Positions 57,752-64,000 of a DNA stretch of 64,000 bases are shown here, piece after piece. The notes under the pieces are model-generated. The model worked only from the letters and a program-made list of their open reading frames with translations, did no database searches and was not told where the DNA came from. The position numbers and the translations under genes are program-made. The stretch is from an uncultured Gammaproteobacteria bacterium (GTDB lineage: Bacteria > Patescibacteriota > Microgenomatia > Daviesbacterales > UBA10151): positions 3,671 through 67,670 of the forward strand of contig CAYOOO010000006.1 in assembly GCA_964405655.1 (NCBI GenBank). The letters run 5' to 3'. Every line of letters starts with the position of its first letter. Within the stretch, counting starts at the first letter, position 1.

Positions 57752-59668
57752 ATGGCAGAAAACGAAAAGGTCTTAACTTATGTTCCTCTGCCTGAGATAA
57801 AAAGAATAAAGATCGGGGTTAAAAACCCAATCAAGCAAGCTGAATTACTCTCAGATATCTTCAGGATCAATACTCTTTATATGATAGAAAAAGCTGGGTC
57901 TGGACACCTGGGAACCAGTTTTAGCTCAATAGATATTGTTACTTGGTTAATGTTGAATGAGCTAAGAAACCCCAATAATCCTGGTAAAAATCCTTCTGAT
58001 ACTTATTTTTCATCAAAGGGTCATGATGTACCAGCTCTCTATTCTATTTTAATGGGGTTGGGACAACTGGACTTTGAAAATATCCATCGATTAAGGAGAC
58101 TAAACGGTTTACCAGGACACCCAGATGTTTCAATACCATCTCTTGTGACCAATACTGGGTCTTTGGGCATGGGTATCTCAACTGCTAGAGGAATAGCTTT
58201 TGTTGATCATTTAAATAAACATCAAGGAAGATTATATGTTTTAACAGGTGATGGTGAGTTGCAGGAAGGGCAAATTTGGGAAAGTTTACAGCCTACTGCA
58301 AATGGTAAATATGATGATATTACTGTGATTGTTGATCATAATAAGATTCAGTCTGATACTTGGGTAGAAAGAGTCAGTTCGTTGGGAAATCTTGAAAAAA
58401 GATTTGCTGCTCATGGTTGGGAAGTAACCAGATGTAATGGACATGATTTTGCGGCTTTGCAAAAAACACTGGCCAGATTAAGAAAAGTTAAAGGGCGTCC
58501 TCAAGTTTTGATAGCAGATACCATCAAGGGCAAAGGAGTCTCATTTATGGAAAGGGTAGAAAGTGATGGTTTATATAAGTTTCATGCTGGTGCGCCAAGT
58601 TACGAACAGTACCAGGCAGCTTTTCAGGAGCTATCAAGTCGGGTTAATGAACGACTAGAATCCCTAAAGCTTAGACCCCTGGAGTTAGAAGAAGTAAGAC
58701 TACCAGCCACTCCTTCAACAGTTAAGAAGTTAGTCCGACTGACCAATGATTATGGTGAGGAAGTGATCGAAATCGGTAAGGATAGGAAAGATTTAATAGT
58801 TTTAGATGCAGATCTGATTAAAAGTTGTGGCTTGATTGGTTTTGCCAAACAGTTTCCTGAAAGATTTATTGAGTGCGGCATAGCTGAACAGGATATGATC
58901 TCAGAGGCAGGAGGAATAGCCTTAAGAGGTGGTCTACCCATTGCTCATTCACTTGCCTGTTTCTTATCAACTAGACCTAATGAACAGATCTATAAACAAG
59001 CCACCGAACAAACAAAAATTATTTATGTAGGTTCTCAAGCAGGGTTACTGCCGGCAGGACCAGGACACTCTCATCAATCGGTTAGAGATATTGCTTGTTT
59101 AGGAGCAGTACCGGGCTTAATTCTTCTAGAACCCTCAAACGGAAAAGAGACTAGAATGGGGCTTCGCTGGGCAGTTTATAGAAACAATCGCAGCACATAT
59201 CTTCGTCTGGTAAGTAACGCAACTGATATTCCCTTTGAACTTCCTAAGAACTATCAATTAAAGGTTGGTAAGGGTGTATTACTTAAAGGAGGTAAAGATG
59301 CCGCAATCCTTTCTTATGGACCAACTATGTTAACAGAGGCTTGGAAGGCAGCGCAGATACTTGCTGAAGATGAAATAAGCTTAGCAGTCATTAATCTACC
59401 TTGGTTAAATAGATTAGATGATAGTTGGTTGAAAAGTGTTGTACGTAAATATCGAACAATTTTTACTCTAGATGATCATTACTTGGAACAGGGTCAAGGA
59501 GCTATGATCGCTACCCACTTAGCCAAACTTGGACTTGTAACCAGTCTAGTTATGTTTGGAGTAGAAGAAATTCCTGCTTGCGGAAGTAATCAGGAAGTGC
59601 TTGAATATCATGGTTTAGATGCTAAATCACTTGCAAAAAAGATTCAAAAAAACCTCAAAAGAAGTTAA
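57752..59668 (+). CDS. Transketolase-family ThDP enzyme (N-terminal TPP/PP domain fused to Pyr and C-terminal domains in one 638-aa chain)
   Basis: 'GSGHLGTSFSSIDIV' ThDP-binding N-terminal motif; 'GDGELQEGQIWES'; C-terminal 'LACFLSTR...YVGSQAGL...GPGHSHQS'. Confidence 0.7.
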   Translation: MAENEKVLTYVPLPEIKRIKIGVKNPIKQAELLSDIFRINTLYMIEKAGSGHLGTSFSSIDIVTWLMLNELRNPNNPGKNPSDTYFSSKGHDVPALYSILMGLGQLDFENIHRLRRLNGLPGHPDVSIPSLVTNTGSLGMGISTARGIAFVDHLNKHQGRLYVLTGDGELQEGQIWESLQPTANGKYDDITVIVDHNKIQSDTWVERVSSLGNLEKRFAAHGWEVTRCNGHDFAALQKTLARLRKVKGRPQVLIADTIKGKGVSFMERVESDGLYKFHAGAPSYEQYQAAFQELSSRVNERLESLKLRPLELEEVRLPATPSTVKKLVRLTNDYGEEVIEIGKDRKDLIVLDADLIKSCGLIGFAKQFPERFIECGIAEQDMISEAGGIALRGGLPIAHSLACFLSTRPNEQIYKQATEQTKIIYVGSQAGLLPAGPGHSHQSVRDIACLGAVPGLILLEPSNGKETRMGLRWAVYRNNRSTYLRLVSNATDIPFELPKNYQLKVGKGVLLKGGKDAAILSYGPTMLTEAWKAAQILAEDEISLAVINLPWLNRLDDSWLKSVVRKYRTIFTLDDHYLEQGQGAMIATHLAKLGLVTSLVMFGVEEIPACGSNQEVLEYHGLDAKSLAKKIQKNLKRS

Positions 59669-60308
59669 AGCAATTGTTTTTGATTTTGATGGAGTATTGG
59701 TTGACTCCCTCGAATTTAAGAGAGAAGCTTACTTTAAGTTATTTCCTACAAAGTACTCTCAAGTTGTAACAAAAACTCTTAAAGAAATGGATGGACGCAT
59801 AAGATCGGAAATAATTTCTACGATTCTTATAAAAACTGGCTTACCGAAAAAAGATCTTAAAGACAAACTAGATAAGTATATTAAAAAATATAACTATCTT
59901 GTTGAAGAGCAGATAATCAAAAAGGGTCTTATTGAAGGAGTTAAAAAGACTTTAAAAGATCTTTCAAAGACTGGTAATATTTATCTCAATTCATCAACCC
60001 CACAAGATTCTTTAGAAAGATGCATTAATGGATTAAAAATCAGGAACTTATTTAAAGAAATTTACGGAAAAACTAATAATAGAGGGAAAAAAGACAATTT
60101 GTCACGAATACTTGAGAATTCTAACTACTCGCTAAATGAGGTTGTGGTTGTAGGTGATAGTATAGATGACTTCTTAATTGCTAAAGAATTAAGCTGTCTG
60201 TTTATTGGTATTTCTAATCAATTTAGTAAATGGGAAGAAATTTCTTTTCCAATATTAAACAATATTTCAAAAATCCAAAGTTTTCTTAAAAATCCAGATG
60301 GCGATTAA
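59619..60308 (+). CDS. HAD-superfamily hydrolase/phosphatase
   Basis: Motif I 'AIVFDFDGVLVDS'; motif IV 'VVVGDSIDD'. Overlaps transketolase 3' end by 50 nt, so start uncertain. Confidence 0.65.
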   Translation: MLNHLQKRFKKTSKEVKAIVFDFDGVLVDSLEFKREAYFKLFPTKYSQVVTKTLKEMDGRIRSEIISTILIKTGLPKKDLKDKLDKYIKKYNYLVEEQIIKKGLIEGVKKTLKDLSKTGNIYLNSSTPQDSLERCINGLKIRNLFKEIYGKTNNRGKKDNLSRILENSNYSLNEVVVVGDSIDDFLIAKELSCLFIGISNQFSKWEEISFPILNNISKIQSFLKNPDGD

Positions 60309-61371
60309 AGTTTTTGCACCTAATATTCACAGCAAATATAAGATTAATTGGAAAAAAATACTACCTCAAGCGGAAGAGGAGATCAGCAACTTATTTCTCA
60401 AAAATTATAACTTTGACCGGGTTTTAATGATTGAAGAAGTAGATGAATGGGAACGGCTTAGTAATAACTTCAAAATTTTGGCTACTAAAAACAATCATCA
60501 GGTCACTGTTCTTCTAAGAAAACACATCCAACTTAAAGATTTAAAGAGCATTAAAGCATTAGACAAAATATTGCTATATCTACAAAGTCGGGGATTAAAT
60601 GTACCAAAAGTTATTCCTATTAAAAAGAATAAATTATTTTTCAAAAACCAGGGCTACTATTTTCAGCTTTATGAATTCATTCAAGGTGCTCATTTTAAAG
60701 GAACAACAAAACAACTGATAAAGATTGCAGGCTTCATTGCTAAATTACATAAGATTTTTGAAAAAGTTCCTTTTACAAAGGAGATTTCTAAGAAGCCATC
60801 TGTTCTACCACCATGGGATTTTAAAATATGGCAATCTCTTTTACAGATTTCCAAAAATAGAAAAGAAAAACTTGATAAAGTTATTCAAAGTAATGAATTT
60901 TTTATTTTGAGAGAGTGCCAAGTTGTTAAGGATAAAATTAGTTCAATGTCTCAACCCAAAGTTCAAGTAATCAGAGGAGATCTCCACCCACATGATACTA
61001 TCTTTGTAGGCAATGATCTTAATGCCCTTATTGATTTTGAAGGAGTGAGAGTAGGGGAGTTAATTAGAGATGTTGGCAATGCTTGCCACAGATTTGTTAG
61101 ACAATATGTTGTCTATCAAAAAAATGATTGGAGGTTAACCTTACCAAAAGGAATAAAAATTTTTTTATCTAACTACGTTAAGTTTAATCCAATTTCACCA
61201 GAAGAAATTAAGTTGATACCTATTTTTATAAAAGATGAAATATTAAGGAAATTACATAAGGATATTAGCCTATACTACTATAACGATTACCCAGCAAATT
61301 TAGAAGGAGGAGAACTTGAGAAAAAACTAACTCTTCTTAAAGAAGCCTCGTTAATAGAAAAATATATTTAA
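60298..61371 (+). CDS. APH-fold small-molecule kinase, paralog 2 (close relative of 53123..54214, low-GC version)
   Basis: 'VIRGDLHPHDTIF', 'IDFEGVRVGELIRDVGNACHRFVRQYVVYQ' near-identical motifs to paralog 1. Confidence 0.65.
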   Translation: MAIKVFAPNIHSKYKINWKKILPQAEEEISNLFLKNYNFDRVLMIEEVDEWERLSNNFKILATKNNHQVTVLLRKHIQLKDLKSIKALDKILLYLQSRGLNVPKVIPIKKNKLFFKNQGYYFQLYEFIQGAHFKGTTKQLIKIAGFIAKLHKIFEKVPFTKEISKKPSVLPPWDFKIWQSLLQISKNRKEKLDKVIQSNEFFILRECQVVKDKISSMSQPKVQVIRGDLHPHDTIFVGNDLNALIDFEGVRVGELIRDVGNACHRFVRQYVVYQKNDWRLTLPKGIKIFLSNYVKFNPISPEEIKLIPIFIKDEILRKLHKDISLYYYNDYPANLEGGELEKKLTLLKEASLIEKYI

Positions 61372-61388
61372 CTTCTTTCATAACAAAG

Positions 61389-62354
61389 TTAGAGCTTTCG
61401 CTCATACTCATCAGGGTATTTACCAAGCTGAACTAAAAAGATTAAATCTAAGAGTTTTCTTATAACATGTTCTCCTCTCTTAGCAGGAACAACTAGACCT
61501 ACTTCTTTAAGTACTTGTGGTTGAGCATCTGAAGGGCAAGCTGACAACCCAACCACTCTCATCAAAGGTAGGTCGTTAACATCATCACCAATGTAACAAA
61601 CCTCCTCTAAATCTAACCCCCAATCTTTTGCCATCTGCTTAGCTGCAGCTACCTTATCTAAAATCCCATGAACATAAGTTAATTTAAGTTTTTCAGCTCG
61701 ATGAGCTATTATAGGTACGGTTTCTCTGCTAATAATTCCTACATGGCGACCTAAGCCCTGCCAAGGTAGAAGAGCTAGGCTATCAATCCTTGAAAATGCG
61801 ACTGATTCAACTCCTTCTTGGTTGACCCAAACTTTTCCATCAGTCATTGTTCCATCTACATCCATAATCAATCCTTTGATTCTTTTAATTTTTTCATTTA
61901 ACTCTTCAGGTAACCTCTCCTCATCCCAGTAGTCTGCTAAGTACCTCTTTGTTGTTAGATAAATTAGTGGTTCTCCTCTTCTCGGAATGGTTTGGTGAGC
62001 CATACCAGCGGGGATAGTCAAAAAATCTCCAGTCCCAACCCGCTGTTTTTGAGAGTTGTTAATCTCTGTACCCCTCCATTCAAATAGTGATCTAAAAGTC
62101 CGATCAACTACATCACTGCCAGTCTCAATAGTCCCTATCCCTCTAACAACATAAACAATATCAGCAGCCATCTCGTGAATTTCAACTTTAGTAGGTTGAG
62201 TAGCTCTGTTTAGTGACACCAAAGGTCTTGAAAAGCTATCCCTTTGTAGAACGAGAGTTTTTCCTCCAGAGGCCTCTAAACTCTTAACTAAATCAGATAT
62301 AAACTCGACTGTAGCCATTCCTTCGAGCAGATTTTGCGATTTCGATATGTTCAA
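61389..62354 (-). CDS. Two-domain protein: N-terminal cupin-like domain + C-terminal KdsC-type HAD-IIIA phosphatase (nonulosonate/KDO-type sugar-phosphate phosphatase)
   Basis: 'IKGLIMDVDGTMTDGKVWV...' (KdsC 'DVDGVLTDG' motif), 'YIGDDVNDLPLM'. Start overlaps neuB-like 3' end by 62 nt (internal Met available). Confidence 0.65.
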   Translation of the reverse strand: MNISKSQNLLEGMATVEFISDLVKSLEASGGKTLVLQRDSFSRPLVSLNRATQPTKVEIHEMAADIVYVVRGIGTIETGSDVVDRTFRSLFEWRGTEINNSQKQRVGTGDFLTIPAGMAHQTIPRRGEPLIYLTTKRYLADYWDEERLPEELNEKIKRIKGLIMDVDGTMTDGKVWVNQEGVESVAFSRIDSLALLPWQGLGRHVGIISRETVPIIAHRAEKLKLTYVHGILDKVAAAKQMAKDWGLDLEEVCYIGDDVNDLPLMRVVGLSACPSDAQPQVLKEVGLVVPAKRGEHVIRKLLDLIFLVQLGKYPDEYERKL

Positions 62355-63393
62355 GAGTAATTGCCTGATCTACCTTAACTTCTTTAATCAATCTTTTACC
62401 CAATACTTTATCTATCATATGTGGTGGTAATCCCTCACAAGGTGATTTTATAGCCAAGTCATTTCTAGTCAAGATATGACCGGCATTTAATTTCTTAGTA
62501 GCAACAATACATTTACCCATCTTATACTTCATTGCAGATTCGCCTTCGTAAAACTTCTTAGTTCCATTACCTAAAGCTAGTCTAATCCTCCTTAGATCTC
62601 TGATGACTTTTCTTAAGCCTTCAAACTCTAAAGAGAAAGCATGATCAGAACCTTTCATGGCCCTGTTTAAAGTAAAATGTTTTTCAATAATTCTGGCGCC
62701 TAAGGCATAGGCGACAGGATCAACAGATATTCCATTATAGTGGTTTGAGAAACCAATTACTGTATCGGGAAAGATCCTTCTGTAAGTTTCAATAACTCTT
62801 AAATCAAGATGCTCGGCCATACAAGGATACATAGAAGTGCACTGCAAAAGGGCGATATTTTTATTAATTTTGTAAACTGCGTCAAATGCTCTTTTGACGT
62901 CGTCTAAGGTAGCAGTTCCAGTCGAAACTATCATTGGTTTTTTAAATCTTGCAATATAGGTAAGCAGGGGAATACTGTGAATATCAGAAGAGGCTGTTTT
63001 AAAACAACTTACTCCAATTTCATTTAAGAAATCAGCGCTTTTGTAATCCCAAGCAGTAGCAAAGAAGATCATGCCCAGCTTTTTAGCATATCTTTTAAGT
63101 TGCAGATATTCTCTTTTATTAAATTCTAAAGCTTGTCGATGTAGGCCATAAGTAGGCGCAAATGCATGCTCGGAATTATAGGTCGAGTTAAAAAAAGAGC
63201 GGGTAAACAGGATTCGATTGTGGCGTTTTTGTATTTTGACTGAGTCTGCTCCGCAAAAGCTTGCTAAATCGAATAATCTCTTACAGGTTTCTATATCACC
63301 CTGATGGTTTTGTCCGATCTCAGCTATAAAGAAACAGTCGCTTTCGTCGTTGATTACCTTGCTTTCGATTATTAGTTGTCTTTTTTTGGCCAT
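62293..63393 (-). CDS. neuB: N-acylneuraminate (nonulosonic acid) synthase family, PEP-condensing, with C-terminal SAF/antifreeze-like domain
   Basis: 'FFIAEIGQNHQGDIETCKRLFDLASFCGADSVKIQKRH' NeuB N-terminus; C-terminal 'KCIVATKKLNAGHILTRNDLAIKSP' SAF domain. Confidence 0.75.
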   Translation of the reverse strand: MAKKRQLIIESKVINDESDCFFIAEIGQNHQGDIETCKRLFDLASFCGADSVKIQKRHNRILFTRSFFNSTYNSEHAFAPTYGLHRQALEFNKREYLQLKRYAKKLGMIFFATAWDYKSADFLNEIGVSCFKTASSDIHSIPLLTYIARFKKPMIVSTGTATLDDVKRAFDAVYKINKNIALLQCTSMYPCMAEHLDLRVIETYRRIFPDTVIGFSNHYNGISVDPVAYALGARIIEKHFTLNRAMKGSDHAFSLEFEGLRKVIRDLRRIRLALGNGTKKFYEGESAMKYKMGKCIVATKKLNAGHILTRNDLAIKSPCEGLPPHMIDKVLGKRLIKEVKVDQAITLEHIEIAKSARRNGYSRVYI

Positions 63394-63437
63394 TTTGACG
63401 GTTAAAAAGGATAATTATTGTTGTCTTTAATCACCAT

Positions 63438-63474
63438 ATTATATCTGCAAAAAAAATGCAATATTGCATTTTTT
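63438..63474 (-). promoter_or_regulatory. Candidate neuB-operon promoter/operator: perfect TATAAT (-10, minus strand, 63438..63443) immediately downstream of a 24-bp perfect palindrome AAAAAATGCAATATTGCATTTTTT (63451..63474)
   Basis: Both elements read directly; palindrome lies over the expected -35 region and could equally act as bidirectional terminator for the gene ending at 63559. Confidence 0.35.
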
Positions 63475-63558
63475 ATTTTCTCTATGAATCAACGAAAAAT
63501 CAAAAAAAGGCAAAAAAGTAATCTTTTCTAAATTTTAAAAAATGTTAAATATCCTAAC

Positions 63559-63942
63559 TTAGACATTTTTAATTCTACCAAGAAAATGCCTATAATTAAA
63601 AATGCTCTTTTGCAAACCACGCAGCTTCTTAAGTAATTTCCTAATCACACCTAAATGATTACTTTCTTCCAAGGTTGGCAACTGTGAATAGTCCAAGTCT
63701 AAAAGTCTTAGTTCTGATAATTCATAATATTTTCTGAGTATGGAACTAACAGTGGTAAGTTGGTTGTTATGCGGAGATCTTTCTCTATTAAGACTGTAGA
63801 TTAGGGGGATTTTCAGATCCTTAGTTTTTTTGATATATTGATCAACTTGTTGGCTTGTCATTTCTTGGAAAGAAACCATATTAATTAATAATTTGATAGG
63901 GTTGGTTTTTAATTTATCCCAGAGGAAGTTTGGTATAAACAC
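63559..63942 (-). CDS. Hypothetical protein (possibly 5'-extended beyond the track's first Met toward the window end)
   Basis: 127-aa ORF; no motif recognised. Confidence 0.4.
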   Translation of the reverse strand: MFIPNFLWDKLKTNPIKLLINMVSFQEMTSQQVDQYIKKTKDLKIPLIYSLNRERSPHNNQLTTVSSILRKYYELSELRLLDLDYSQLPTLEESNHLGVIRKLLKKLRGLQKSIFNYRHFLGRIKNV

Positions 63943-64000
63943 AAAATCATATTTAGCAGTATCCTTTAAATTGTCTAGTTGTTTTTGACTAGTGATAATC

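Noticed and set aside
60725-60910. 61-aa alternative-frame ORF inside kinase paralog 60298..61371
   Set aside because: Out-of-frame overlap with a well-supported kinase ORF; no independent evidence.
53123-61371. Interpreting the three APH-fold kinases as aminoglycoside/macrolide resistance genes
   Set aside because: Three paralogs embedded among nucleotide-sugar biosynthesis genes with no mobile-element context is more consistent with metabolic small-molecule kinases; resistance function cannot be excluded from sequence alone.
1-64000. Searched for CRISPR arrays, tRNA/rRNA genes, IS elements, integrases and toxin-antitoxin pairs
   Set aside because: No regularly spaced direct repeats, no tRNA-like cloverleaf-compatible GC-rich 70-90 nt islands in intergenic gaps (all gaps are under 170 nt and AT-rich), and no transposase/recombinase-like ORFs were seen.

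Overview
Low-GC (about 30-35% by eye), almost entirely coding window dominated by one very large cell-surface glycosylation island. The plus strand carries about 45 kb of co-directional genes, many with 1-14 nt stop/start overlaps (operon-like). Their products are about 20 GT2/GT4 glycosyltransferases and seven paralogous GT-C-fold membrane glycosyltransferases of the PMT/ArnT type (conserved loop-1 DE motif; six belong to one tightly related tandem family). There are also three Dpm1/GtrB-like polyprenol-phosphate sugar synthases, one of them fused to a YfhO-like polytopic membrane domain, a Wzx-like flippase, a Wzy-like membrane protein, AsnB, and three SAM methyltransferases. A complete GDP-D-glycero-alpha-D-manno-heptose pathway is present (GmhA, HddA, GmhB, HddC) with an adjacent NUDIX hydrolase and an SDR epimerase/dehydratase. 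The 3' third (about 51-63.4 kb) is compositionally different, with visibly higher GC in several genes. It encodes a nonulosonic-acid module (NeuB-like synthase, cupin-KdsC-type phosphatase, CMP-sugar synthetase, a possible 2-epimerase-like GT-B protein), three APH-fold kinase paralogs, and an SDR-aldehyde dehydrogenase-transketolase-HAD phosphatase set. An M23 peptidase lies at the 5' end. No rRNA, tRNA, CRISPR array, transposase or integrase was recognised. The gene style (TTG/GTG starts, dense overlaps, very large GT complement, weak SD sequences) suggests a CPR/Patescibacteria-like or other low-GC uncultivated bacterium; this is inference only. The most notable features are the expanded GT-C paralog array with a 218-bp perfectly identical segment shared by two adjacent paralogs (gene-conversion signature) and the GT2-GT-C fusion. 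Together with the lipid-P-sugar synthases they point to an extracytoplasmic, lipid-linked-monosaccharide-dependent protein or polymer glycosylation system that is not a classical O-antigen or teichoic-acid locus.
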